DNA from: Octopus bimaculoides | Lineage: Eukaryota | Reading direction: 5' to 3' | DNA: 58,130 nucleotides | NCBI RefSeq assembly: GCF_001194135.2 | Contig: NC_068993.1 | Location: forward strand, 47,156,714 to 47,214,843 | Shown: positions 11,345-23,902 of the stretch, in pieces | Layout of the letters: each line of letters opens with the position of its first letter | How positions within the stretch are numbered: the first letter of the stretch is position 1 | Program-made: the position numbers and the translations under genes | The notes under the pieces: generated by a model | The model's database searches: none | What the model saw: only the letters and a program-made list of their open reading frames with translations | Told to the model about the DNA's origin: nothing

Positions 11345-12059
11345 GTATATAACACACACACGTATTTATATGAATATAAACCTCAGACCTATGAACAAAT
11401 AGATACAAGTGTCTATACATTGCCGTACGCGTGTGCAGGCGCGCGAGTAAATGTGTGTGTGTGTGTGTGTGCATGTGTTTGCATGCGTGTGTCATTGTGC
11501 CTCTATGCGGTATGTGAGGCTGAGATGTTTGTTGCTTGCAACTCTTGGCCCATCTTCAAACCAAGAAGCGGAGCGGTTAATAGATGCGGAATTATTGACA
11601 TCCGGGTTCTTGAGGGGAGCCTGACCTTCCGTCTGACTCATCGGATTCATATAACAGTAGGGAACTGATGGAAATGGATGTGGTGCGGTCCCAACATATT
11701 GAATGTCAGTGTGTCTGGGTGGAGACGTATGTGCGATTGTAACAGTCTACGTGTCTATGAATGTGTATGAGTGTGTGTATGTGTGTCACTGTGTGTGTGT
11801 GTGTGTGTGTGTCGCTATGTGTGCGTGTGTCGTTATGTGTGTATGTGTGTGTATACATGCGAATGCAATCGTATTTGTGAGTGTGATATTTTCTGAGATC
11901 TGTGAAAGGTTGCCTAGATGAATTGAAGCAACAGATTATAACTGCATCATCCTGACACGCAATAGTGATGGATTAATTGATAAATAGGGGAAAAAGAAAG
12001 ATACAGACGTACATAAATCAATCGATAAATAGATAGACAGAGGGATAGATAGACAAATA

Positions 12060-12061
<2 letters not shown>

Positions 12062-12120
<59 letters not shown>

Positions 12121-12222
12121 GGGGAAGGAGCGATATGCAGAGAAACACTGAGACAGACAGAGACATAGTAAACAGATAGATGCTAGGATTGTTACACACA
12201 TAAACATATAGCTAGCGAAACG

Positions 12223-12259
<37 letters not shown>

Positions 12260-12390
12260 GTCTGTCTGTCTGTCTGTGTGTCCGTCTGCCTGTCTGTCTG
12301 CCTGCCTGCCTGCCTGTCTGTCTGTCTGTCTGTATGTCTGTCTGTCTGTCTGTCTGTCTATCTACATATCTATTTATCTATCCTCAAGCT
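12062..12390. repeat. (GA)n and (ATCT)n/(GTCT)n microsatellites
   Basis: Directly visible. Confidence 0.9.
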
Positions 12391-13052
12391 ATANNNNNNN
12401 NNNNNNNNNNNNNNNNNNNNNNNNNNNNNNNNNNNNNNNNNNNNNNNNNNNNNNNNNNNNNNNNNNNNNNNNNNNNNNNNNNNNNNNNNNNNNNNNNNNN
12501 NNNNNNNNNNNNNNNNNNNNNNNNNNNNNNNNNNNNNNNNNNNNNNNNNNNNNNNNNNNNNNNNNNNNNNNNNNNNNNNNNNNNNNNNNNNNNNNNNNNN
12601 NNNNNNNNNNNNNNNNNNNNNNNNNNNNNNNNNNNNNNNNNNNNNNNNNNNNNNNNNNNNNNNNNNNNNNNNNNNNNNNNNGGTAGTCGGTGCTATGAAA
12701 ATATCCGTGCGTTATAAAGAAACGGAAAGTATTGTCGATCCACAAACATCGTAGAGAAAATATGAAATATATTCAGGAAATCAATCCGGATGTGTGATAA
12801 AGGTAGGGTTTAGATGTAGCCGGCGCTGCTCAACATAGTGACCGCTGTGATGGGAAGCTCAATTACTTTCTATACCCTCCCAATTGGTTAGGTTTGAACA
12901 CACGGACACACCTATAATGCCATAGGATTATTAGCAGATGGACTGAAAATTGAGATCGCTATAGAGAGACATCCCTACATCGATGGATCATAGTGATAAA
13001 ATCTTGTGGAGCCCGAGAAATACTGTCTGACTTTTTATTATTAGTATCAATG

Positions 13053-13229
13053 TGATGCCTAGCGGTAATTTCGTCTGTCTTTACTTAGTGAGTTCAAATT
13101 CCGCCGAGGTCAACTTTGCCTTTCATTCTTTCGTGGTCGATAAATTAAGTACCAGTTGTGTTACTGGGGCCGATCTAATCGACTGGCTCCTCTCTCAAAA
13201 TGTTGGGCCTTGTGCCTAGAGTAGAAAGG
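13053..13229 (+). mobile_element. 5'-truncated SINE family B with 16-bp target-site duplication
   Basis: Core GAGTTCAAATTCCGCCGAGGTCAACTTTGCCTTTCAT...; TSD ATTATTAGTATCAATG (13037-13052) / ATTATTGGTATCAATG (13230-13245). Confidence 0.88.
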
Positions 13230-15439
13230 ATTATTGGTATCAATGAGGAGCCCGAGTGAAATCATCAGAAGTCTTGTGTGATCAGCGTGTTCCTCTCTTA
13301 AGAGGGTGTTGTGACAAGAATTAGAGGTCTTTCCCTCTCCGTGGTTTTACTGCGCGCCCTAACAACAATAAAGAGTAATTCTCCTTTTCTGCGCATAGAT
13401 GGATTATCATTGCATATGGTACTTAAACAATTCCTCGGACCCTGACAGGTTATTTTACTCTGGGGCAAAGAAGATCTGGAAACAATAGTGGCTACAAAGA
13501 GGTTCCATACTCCTCAAAAACCATGGAACGCTGAATCAGAGGTCTACAGCTTTTGTGAATATAAGTACGTACATACGTATACATATAAATAATTATATAT
13601 ATATATATATAAACATGTACGCATATATACATGCATGTATATATTCATACACACAGACATAAATACACACACTCACACACACGCACATACACGGGCGCGC
13701 GCACACACACACACACACACCTGTACACTCATAAGTATAAAAAGAAAAATAGATGGATATCATTTTAGAAAGATGTATCTATATAGAAAGGTGTAGCTAT
13801 ACGTATGCATGAATATATACGTATGTACATATAAATACATACAGACATATATAAATGCACATACGCACACACACACATAACAATGCGTACATAGTCATAA
13901 ACATATGAATATGCACACACACACACATACATATATCTACTTACATTTAGGTACATACATATATACACGCATACATATGGATAAGAAATCACGGGCAAAG
14001 AGGAAGTTCAAGAACGAGCCAATAAAATTAGATAGAAGAGAAAATAACTAAATAAAGATATAATAAATAAAAATGATAGGTCTGACATGAAGCATTCATC
14101 GAATAGGATGGTTGCGAAGCAATAAGATCGCAGTTCACGCCCACCACATACCAGCGAACAATAAAATGATATTTATCAGGGTACAAAGCACTGCTTCTTT
14201 GATATATCGCTATTATTGTAATTACATACTTACGTACATATATGTATATGTAGATATACGTAAACACACGTACACACGCACATACACACACTCAGGCATC
14301 CACATGTATTTATAATACATACATACATACATATATATATATATAAACATATAAATGCATGTATGTATATATATATGTATGTTGATATGTGTGTTTCGCT
14401 GTGGTTTTCGCGTTCACTCATGGGAATAAACACGTATGCCAGAAAACATCTCTACTTATACATGTAGAATAACGCACTTCATTCTTCTATACTTGCTAAT
14501 CGAGATCTCGTACATGTTCCCACTTGTTCATGCGCCATAATAGTAGTGATGTATGCATATATATATATGTATGTGTATANNNNNNNNNNNNNNNNNNNNN
14601 NNNNNNNNNNNNNNNNNNNNNNNNNNNNNNNNNNNNNNNNNNNNNNNNNNNNNNNNNNNNNNNNNNNNNNNNNNNNNNNNNNNNNNNNNNNNNNNNNNNN
14701 NNNNNNNNNNNNNNNNNNNNNNNNNNNNNNNNNNNNNNNNNNNNNNNNNNNNNNNNNNNNNNNNNNNNNNNNNNNNNNNNNNNNNNNNNNNNNNNNNNNN
14801 NNNNNNNNNNNNNNNNNNNNNNNNNNNNNNNNNNNNNNNNNNNNNNNNNNNNNNNNNNNNNNNNNNNNNNNNNNNNNNNNNNNNNNNNNNNNNNNNNNNN
14901 NNNNNNNNNNNNNNNNNNNNNNNNNNNNNNNNNNNNNNNNNNNNNNNNNNNNNNNNNNNNNNNNNNNNNNNNNNNNNNNNNNNNNNNNNNNNNNNNNNNN
15001 NNNNNNNNNNNNNNNNNNNNNNNNNNNNNNNNNNNNNNNNNNNNNNNNNNNNNNNNNNNNNNNNNNNNNNNNNNNNNNNNNNNNNNNNNNNNNNNNNNNN
15101 NNNNNNNNNNNNNNNNNNNNNNNNNNNNNNNNNNNNNNNNNNNNNNNNNNNNNNNNNNNNNNNNNNNNNNNNNNNNNNNNNNNNNNNNNNNNNNNNNNNN
15201 NNNNNNNNNNNNNNNNNNNNNNNNNNNNNNNNNNNNNNNNNNNNNNNNNNNNNNNNNNNNNNNNNNNNNNNNNNNNNNNNNNNNNNNNNNNNNNNNNNNN
15301 NNNNNNNNNNNNNNNNNNNNNNNNNNNNNNNNNNNNNNNNNTAGATAGATAGATAGATAGATTAACAGATAGATAGATTCAACAGATGAGAAACAGAAAT
15401 TCTCTATATAAAAGAAAAAAAGCTCTGTAGTGCTCAAAT

Positions 15440-15725
15440 CATTTGAACACTCCCAACTTTTTACATATATTTATGTATGCATATTTTCTATATCGAGCCC
15501 AAACGTGTTTACTTGTGTATTTCGATCATTATCTCTATGTGAATCGTTGCCAAGTTTTTGCCTCCGTTTTCCTTTTCTCTTGCACTTACCTCCGTCCCCT
15601 GTTTCTGACGAAGTACTTTGTTCGAAACGTAAATCCACCTTTCATTCCTTCCCTGAGCGTCTACTAATACTCTGCATGTGCCACGTCCTCGCGTTGTTGT
15701 TTTTTTCTTGTGTTTGTTCTTCGAT
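15440..15725 (+). mobile_element. Penelope-like element pseudo-LTR remnant (boundaries approximate)
   Basis: Contains a minimal HHR motif (15601-15635) followed by a pyrimidine run and CCTGAGCGT, the same layout as 27109-27165. Confidence 0.55.
15601..15635 (+). ncRNA. Minimal type-I hammerhead ribozyme motif (Penelope-type)
   Basis: guuu-CUGACGA-a-GUAC[uuu]GUUC-GAAAC-GUA-aauc. Core intact; stem II 3/4; stem I 3/4; no helix III loop, consistent with the dimeric type. Confidence 0.65.
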
Positions 15726-16319
15726 TTTTTTCTATTTACTATTTTATATATGTATATACATATATATACAGATATTTCGGTGTGTGGTCCTCTTCACCAG
15801 GACTTGTGGAGAAGTGGGAGATTCCAGTGTAAATAAAGTCTCGTGTTAAAGTCGTCCTCTGTAGCTCAAGTGTAAGTTTTGTGTGACAGAGTATTAGCAC
15901 TTTATTTTAGCTCTTTTATACATAAAAAAACTTCAGAATGAAACTATTTATTCAAAGATGTTTTCCAAATACCCAGAGAACAGGTTGTCAATGAATTTAT
16001 CAAAAAGCACGTTACGTTTATCATAAGTTGATTCTGCCTTGTTTAAAATACAATGGTCTATCTTGCAGAAAGTTAGCCAATTCAGCCATTGATACTACCG
16101 AAAAAATAACTTTATCCTGTTCCAAGTTATATCTAGACAGATTGGAGAAGTATAATACCATATTGATAAACAAGCATGTGCGATGTTTTCATAAGCGATG
16201 TCGAATCTTACAATTCTATAAATAATCATAGTATCTTAAAACGCTCAATACTGATAAGCGATCACCGTGTGTTGACTAAGGAACTGAGAGATAATTTGAA
16301 TTTAATATATATATATATA

Positions 16320-16484
16320 GGCGTAGGAGTGGCTGTGTGGTAAGTAGCTTGCTTACCAACCACATGGTCCCGGGTTCAGTCCCACTGCGTGGCATCTTGG
16401 GCAAGTGTCTTCTACTATAGCCTCGGGCCGACCAAAGCCTTGTGAGTGGATTTGGTAGACGGAAACTGAAAGAAGCCCGTCGTA

Positions 16485-16521
<37 letters not shown>

Positions 16522-16721
16522 TTGTATGTCTGTGTTTGAACCCCAACATCGCTTGACAACCGATGCTGGTGTGTTTATGTCCCCGTAACTTAGCGGTTCG
16601 GCAAAAGAGACCGATAGAATAAGTACTAGGCTTCTAAAGAATAAGTCCTGGGCTCGATTTGCTCGACTAAAGGCGGTGCTCCAGCATGGCCACAGTCAAA
16701 AAGACTGAAACAAGTAAAAGA
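16320..16721 (+). mobile_element. Full-length SINE family A (tRNA head, core, internal (TA)n(TG)n, tail)
   Basis: A box TGGCTGTGTGG, B box GGTTCAGTCCC, TTGGGCAAGTGTCTTCTACTATAGCC core, tail ending GACTGAAACAAGTAAAAGA. Confidence 0.92.
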
Positions 16722-16725
16722 TTCC

Positions 16726-16797
16726 TGGTCTGGGAATCGAAACCGCGATCCTATGACCGCGAGTCCGCTGCCCTAACCACTGGTCCATTGCGCCTCC
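16726..16797 (-). mobile_element. SINE family C tRNA-like head only
   Basis: Near-identical to 38291-38362; A box TGGACCAGTGG, B box GTTTCGATTCC. Confidence 0.85.
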
Positions 16798-17271
16798 ACG
16801 GATATACCTGTATATAAGTATATATATACATTTATATGCATATACATGTATATGCATATATATATATATATATGTTTGTGTGTGCGCGCGTGTGTTGTGT
16901 GTGTATGTGTGTGTGTGTGTGTGTGTATCCATACTGCAATTCACAACAATTCATACAATTCACACATATTCATACAACAATCCACACAAAGCGTTAAACA
17001 AAAAGATAATTATACAGACATTTAAATTACTGCCGACATTCGGTTTGTACCATGGAGACAGTTATATGTCATAGATCCGCTTCGGAAGGCGGACCAGGTG
17101 AGAAATGGAGGAATGAGGATATGAAATCGGCGGTGTAAAAGGGTGTGTGAATAATTGTGAATAAGGCAAAGTCTGCATGTATCTGTATGTGCGTGGGGGT
17201 GTGAGTTCCTTGCAATCAATGAGTATGTTTCCGCGTTATTCGTCCTGCTGTTGTCGTAGTTGTTGTTCTTA

Positions 17272-17560
17272 TTATTACCTCTGCCTTAACGAAGGCGGAG
17301 CTGTTGTGTCAGTCGTGTTTATTTGTTGGTTTGTTGGTTTGTCCTTGGACAAGATATCTCAAGAATTTTTGGATGGATTCGGATGAAACTTTCAGGGATG
17401 TTTGGCCTCGGAACTGGCACGAAATGATTAGATTTTGGGATCTATCCGATACCAGACAAATATTCTGAATTATTTTTCCCTTTTTTTTTTTACTTAATTT
17501 TTGAGAGCGGTCTGGCTCATTTTTAGTATTCTCGTTTGTGAGAGCACTCGAGTTTATTTC
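17272..17560 (+). mobile_element. Probable non-autonomous Helentron/DINE-1-like (HINE) element
   Basis: Starts TTATTACCTCTGCC with a hairpin (CCTCTGCC...GGCGGAG), then a (GTTG/GTTT)n microsatellite, then GGATGGATTCGGATGAAACTTTCAGG, the recalled layout of such elements; 3' end uncertain. Confidence 0.5.
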
Positions 17561-17645
17561 AAATATTCTCAATTAAAGATCGTTGAGTTGACGTTGGTGT
17601 TGCCTTGGCAAAGTTTTACGCTCTCTGAATGCTGTTGTGTTGTTG

Positions 17646-17692
<47 letters not shown>

Positions 17693-18096
17693 TGAGGCAA
17701 GAGCTGACAGAATCCTAAGCCGGGCAAAATGCTTAGCGGAATTTCGTCTGTCTTTATGTTATTCAAACTCCGCCGAGGCCGACTTTGCCTTTCATTATAT
17801 CGAGTTCGATAAAATAAGTACCAGTTGCACACGGGGGTAAATGTAATCAAATATCCCACTCCCACAAATAACAGGCCTTGTGCCTATAGTAGAGAGACGG
17901 TGAGGTGGAAGATTCGTTAGAACGCCGGGTGAAATGTTCAGCGGTATTTCTGAGTTCAAACCCCAGCGTGGTCGATTGTGCTTTCCATCCTTTCGGGGTC
18001 GATTAAATTAAGTACCAGTCAAACACTAAGGTTGATGTGATCGACTCTCCTTCTCCCTCAAAACTGCTGCCCTTGTGGCAAAATTTCAAAGCATTC
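17693..18096 (+). mobile_element. Two tandem SINE family B copies (about 17693-17897 and 17898-18096)
   Basis: Both show head, GTCGACTTTGCCTTTCATCC-like core and CCTTGTG tail. Confidence 0.8.
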
Positions 18097-18098
18097 TC

Positions 18099-18110
18099 CT
18101 TCTTCTTCTT

Positions 18111-18204
<94 letters not shown>

Positions 18205-18371
18205 CTTAAGTGGTTCGTTGTTGTTGTTGCGGCTCTTCTTCTTCTTCTTCTTCTTCTTCTTCTTCTTCTTCTTCTTCTTCTTCTTCTTCTTCTTCTTCTT
18301 CTTCTTCTTCTTCTTCTTCTTCTTCTTCTTCTTCTTCTTCTTCTTCTTCTTCTTCTGCTTCCTCTTCTTCT
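18099..18371. repeat. (CTT)n-(ATT)n-(GTT)n-(CTT)n compound array
   Basis: Directly visible; the second (CTT) run spans about 18234-18356. Confidence 0.95.
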
Positions 18372-18619
18372 TGATAGCGGAATACTCAACAAAGAGTGCT
18401 TATATTAAGTCTTCAAATAATGTCTCTAGCGAAAGTAGTTTTGTTTTGTTCTTTCTAGTATAGAACTTTTGATGGCGAGATATAATACCGCGCAAGATCA
18501 AGATAAAGTCCAAGGGGTGACCAGTTCAAAGAAGCCACTTAGAATAAAGAACTCAAAGATAAGTCTGGGAGTGAATAAAGTGATTTAATCCACAATCGTT
18601 AGTCCAACAATATATTTAT

Positions 18620-19411
18620 CTTTTATCTTTTACTTTTTCCTATCATTGGATGGCGGCCGTGCTGGGGCACACATTTTGAATTGTTTCCACGGACAAATCG
18701 ATTCCAGTATTTAACTGTTTGAAGTTAGGTTCTTATCCTACTGATCTCTCTTGCTGAAACGCCAGTTATGGGGGTCATAAACAAACCAACATTTATTGTC
18801 AAATGGTAGTGAAGAACAAACAAACGCAACTACATATGCATGTAGAAAAACACACACATGTACACGACAGTCTTCTATCTGTTTCCATCTACTAAATTCA
18901 GTTAGAAGGCTTTCGTAGGGCCGGAACAATACTCTTTTACTCTTTTACTTGTTTCAGTCATTTGACTGTGACCACGCTGGAGCACGGACTTTAGTCGAGC
19001 AAATCGACCCCAGGACGTATTCTTTGGAATCCTAGTACTTACTCTATCGGTTCTTTTGCTGGACGTAAACACACCAGCATCGGTTGTCAAGCGATGTTAG
19101 GGGGACAAACACAGACACACATACATATATATAAACATACATGTATACGGCAGGCTTCTTTCAGTTTCCGTCTACCAAATCCGCTCACAAGGCTTTGCTC
19201 GGTCCGAGGCTATAGTAGAAGACACTTGCCCAAGGTGCCTCGCAGTGGGACTGAACCCGGAACCATGTGGTTAGTAAGCAAGCTACTTACCACACAGCCA
19301 CTCCTACGCCTATAGCAGAAGATACTTGCCCAAATATTCACACAGTTGGACTGCACATGAAACCGTAGGGTCAGGAAGCAAATTTCTGACCCCACAACCA
19401 CGTGCGCGTCT
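18620..19411 (-). mobile_element. Old SINE family A copy, split by a younger copy (18620-18931 plus 19311-19411)
   Basis: Degenerate tail and core lie left of 18931; the core resumes as CTATAGCAGAAGATACTTGCCCAA at 19310 and runs into a degenerate head. Confidence 0.7.
18932..19310 (-). mobile_element. Full-length young SINE family A copy
   Basis: Closely matches the reverse complement of 16320-16721. Confidence 0.92.
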
Positions 19412-19654
19412 AAAACCATGTTTTTATTGCGGAATATCAAGACTTGCATCTGATATGGTAAAAGGGTCTGGGGTGGACATTATCACACGAAAATACTTAA
19501 ATCCTTGGTGCCTCTGATAAATTATGGTCAATTGTAGGAGTGGTAGGAATGGAACAGGAATTATCTTACATGTGTAATGGTCATTCAAAGGATAAATGTG
19601 TGGGTAAAAATAAACAGTTCCTGCATGTGTGTATAAATTTTCTTTCTGTGTTTT

Positions 19655-19871
19655 TTCATATTTCCCTTGTCACAGTCATTGAGGTGCAACCATGCTCCCT
19701 GCAGAGTTTAGTCGAAGAAACTGATCGTAGTACTTAGTTTCTTTTTAAAGGCTAGTGCTTATTCTAGCGGTTCTACTCGTACTAACACCAGTTTTCAAGT
19801 GGTGGTCATGGCGGGGTGAAAACAAAATCAAAAGACTATATGTAAGTATATATAAATAAATAAATAAATAA

Positions 19872-19920
<49 letters not shown>

Positions 19921-20136
19921 CATACACGCGCATACATACATACACGCGCATACATGTATACGTGCATACATGTACACGCACAGACACGCATACACACACA
20001 TGTATAAATATGTAAGACGGGCTTCCACAGTTTCTCGCCAGCAAATTCACTCACAAGGCATTGGTCAGTCTGGTGTCATAGAAAAAGATTGACTGCTGCC
20101 CAAAGTGCCGCACTGCGCGACTGAACGCGGAACCGT
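19655..20136 (-). mobile_element. Old SINE family A copy with expanded internal microsatellite
   Basis: Core AAATTCACTCACAAGGCATTGGTC...GCCCAAAGTGCCGCAC at 20015-20136; degenerate tail at about 19655-19830. Confidence 0.6.
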
Positions 20137-22474
20137 CTTTTTACTGTTTCGTTACAATGTTATAAACGACCAGCAAAAGAACAATCATTGTAAGCTCCTT
20201 GTAGAGAATCATTCTAAAATTCCAATATATCGCTGTCGCTTTTGAAGTGTTTTGCGGTAAAATATCCCTGACCAACAAATGACCTTTATGTAGGGCCGTT
20301 GATCAATATTTCAGCCAACTCTTAACTCGAATCAAATGTCGAAGCAGTTTCATATCACATTTAAAATCACTTGTCTATGTTACACCTGCTAATCAACTAT
20401 AGATAAATGCGTACAGTTCTTTTCACATATACACCGGCCCTTCTAAAGTATGTCATTGTACCTAATCACACAAGAATTTATTTGTATGCAAAAAAAAAAA
20501 AAGAAAAAATAGCAACATAGTTTCGTTCACGATTGGTATATATGGCAGAATGTTAATCAGAATTCTGTGAATGGTAAACATAACTGAAGAAGAGAGGAAT
20601 TAAGGAAAGCAAAATAAACATGTCTATTCTTTTAATCAAAGGCTACTCATTTTTTTCAAACATCTGCCCTCGCTTCACAATGTGTGGACAGTTATCATCC
20701 TTCGTTTATTTTCTCAAATCCTTTCTAATTTCATTTGTTTACGTCTACCTAATCTGTCAAGGATTTACAACGTAAGAAGTCACAAGTAATTTAAAAATAA
20801 CAAAAACGAGTAAAAGAAGCCTCGAACGCATCTATACCCAAATGCATCCCTTTAACTACTTTCACGGTCATTGCGAGTACATTCTGTCATGTTATTAAAG
20901 TTTGGGGATTATATTAGTCTGCTTGTAAGCTTATACGTGCAAGTATATTTGCGTAAGTGTGTGTGTGTGCACGTATGTGTGTTTGTAAATGTGTGTGTGT
21001 TGGTTTGCTTGTGTCTCAAACAGGGAGTTATATTTTTGTGGCATCTTGAGTTCAGAGAAAAAAAAACTCATCACAATACAAAACAATGTGCTATCCGATT
21101 GCCTTTTCTCAACAAGCACATGTATTCTTCAAAAGTGAGTCATATTTTCTTTATTGTTTGGGTTAGCCGTGCATTTAGGAAATTATTGAACATCTTCACT
21201 TTTTGTTCTCTTGTCTCTTGTGTACTCAAATTCCTCTACTTATTCTGTTTATGTAATTCATATTATGTCTGTCAGAACATTTTCTTTAAAATTTTTACAC
21301 AAAACATGGACATTGCAGCTTATTTATGTGAATGTCAAGAAGGGAGATAGTGCCCATTACTCTTCATAAGGGTCTCCGACAACAGTGATGAGAAGACGAT
21401 ATCATCAAACTAGTTGTCTTGTCTAAATGCTTACTAAAAGTGGACTCCGCTAATAGCACCCAATGGCAGATGAAGTGGTGTTAAACCGGGCGGCATATCA
21501 AGTTTACTGTAATTTCAGTATTTGAACTCAGAAAACAAAAACGGAATAAAGAGAGGAAGACATTCGGTCCGACGTTTTTTCTATTAAACCAATCCACTGT
21601 CTTAAATTGGCACTTATTATTGTCGACATTGAAAGTATGAAAGCAAAATTCACAACGGCTAAAATTGAACTCAGCTTGTGGGTAGTCGGAACTGCAAAGA
21701 ATTATAATCGACTCGCTAATGACTTCCGGTTCGTTACCTTTTGTTTTGATTACTTTGAAGTCCTCTAGTTTTATGCCCCAGAGGCATAACGAATGATTAT
21801 GGCAGCAATACAACAACTACAATCTCGAAAAGTAACTGCCTCATCATTTGTGACATTAGCAACATACACAGAAGCAACAAAGTATAATAGCAGCAAAATG
21901 AAATAGCAACACAGTGAAATAGCTACACATTGCAAAAGCAACACATTGCAATCGCAACAATGTGAAACAGTAACAAAACAAGTGTAATGGCAATTACAAT
22001 AGTAACATAATTACTTTGGTAACTAAATAAATACTGAAGGACCATGAATACAGTAGCAACAAAATAAATGCAATTGCAACGAAATAAACATTGAAAGTAG
22101 AATTTTGTGGAAGAAATCGGTGCTGGTGTTGATCGCACGGGTTGCATGTTTTTGGGCAGCATGTTTAGTTTGCCAGCACCGGACCATTAGCCACAGTTCT
22201 GTGCATATATTCGTTCATATGTTCACTGCATAAAAGGAAAACATCGAATGGCTAGCATCAGAATATATCTTCTTATGATAGATTCTGCTCCATTAACATC
22301 GACGCCGGGCTAAACTCCGACAACAACAGTAAAAGACACTTGTCAGTCATTAGTCATTCGACGTGTTAGAAAGCGTAACCGATTTTTCTTCAAAACAACA
22401 GCACCACAGCAGAAATGTACACACATATATACACACGCTCAGTGTTTGTGTATTTGTGTGTGCGCGCGTGGATT

Positions 22475-22526
<52 letters not shown>

Positions 22527-23238
22527 TGTGTGTATATGCAATCGATGTATATAAAAGTCAATATTACTTCGGAATGGGTTATATTTAAGATAGCCTGTTC
22601 GCACAAAACTATGCATTTACACACGCATACACACAGATACACACACACACACACACACACACACAGATATATATACACACACACAAATACACGTATACAT
22701 ACAAACACACACAAACATAAGCGTATAAGTTATTACGCTTACTTTTATACTGATAGCACTATCTACAGACTTAATGTCATCTCCCGTTTAGATAATACAT
22801 AAGACTATAATTTCGTTAATACACACAATATCAATATCAGTGAAGAATTAATTAAGCGTTTTATTGCGTATTTAAGAAAAATACGTCACAAGAAAACAAA
22901 AAATATTCCCGATTTTAGAAAATGATTTTCTATTTATAAATGAGAACAAATCGAAAAAATTCACACAATACTCATACACACATTCACAAAGACATCCTCG
23001 CATCAATACTCTCACACATATACACATACAACAGATTCTAGAAATTACGATGGAATATATTATTTCCTTTTAATCGCTGACTGTCACAAGAAGTCACGTC
23101 ATTACTTAAGACAGATACATTTTTCAAACACTATAGGAGAGCAGCAGACTCAGAACAAAGTCAGCAGCAGAAAGACTTATTCTAATTACAGATGCCCCTT
23201 TAAGCTTGAGTTTGTAGAATACACACACGCACAGACAT

Positions 23239-23271
<33 letters not shown>

Positions 23272-23829
23272 GAAAATACGAAAAATGTATTTCGTATTTT
23301 AAGCTTTAAACTTAAAATACCATATACATTTTTCTCTATTTTTATTAAAACTGTTGCTTGGTGTCTATATAAGACCCTAGACAATCCCCTCTTATAATGG
23401 CCTTCGTCTAACTGCATTTGGTACAAGAACGGAGTGTGGAAGTTTGTACTGAGGCTTAATACCTGGTTACGTGTCACGCTTTCCAGCAAGAACACGCGCT
23501 CACACAGATACACGCATAGAGAGACGAGCACTCACACACACACACAAGCACATACATGAGCTGAAAAGCGTGACATGTAACGAAAACTTAAGGCTCAATA
23601 GGTCAGTAGTGTATACACACAGACACACACGCACATACACACACGTAAACACACACAGACGCATATAATACACACACACACACAGATAAACTAGCTGCAT
23701 CAACTTCCTATAAAAGCAGGTAGTAATTTTACCTCGTCTTTATTCTTAGAGCAAGGCTTGAAGAGTGCAGTTCGATTTTAACAATAAGCTAAATTTATAT
23801 GTTCTACAATTGCAGAAGAATTCGTTACT

Positions 23830-23902
23830 GGGCAGTTTAGCTTAATGGTAAAGCACTTGACGCGTAATCACATGAATGTGAGTTCGAGTTTCATGGCTTG
23901 CT
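23830..23902 (+). tRNA. tRNA-Thr(CGT)-like pseudogene or isolated SINE head
   Basis: D-arm GCT-TAATGGTAA-AGC, anticodon arm TGA-CGCGTAA-TCA, T-arm GTGAG-TTCGAGT-TTCAT; acceptor stem poorly paired; T5 at 23912-23916. Confidence 0.4.

Noticed and set aside
15589-15660. Minus-strand exon ending GAG|GTAAGT
   Set aside because: It is the antisense of the Penelope-like HHR repeat, which explains the sequence better.
21318-21350. AYLCECQEGR, EGF-like
   Set aside because: An immediate stop follows, with no donor site and no other EGF cysteines.
23398-23470. WPSSNCIWYKNG, Ig-like WYKNG motif
   Set aside because: The frame begins right after a stop, with no acceptor.
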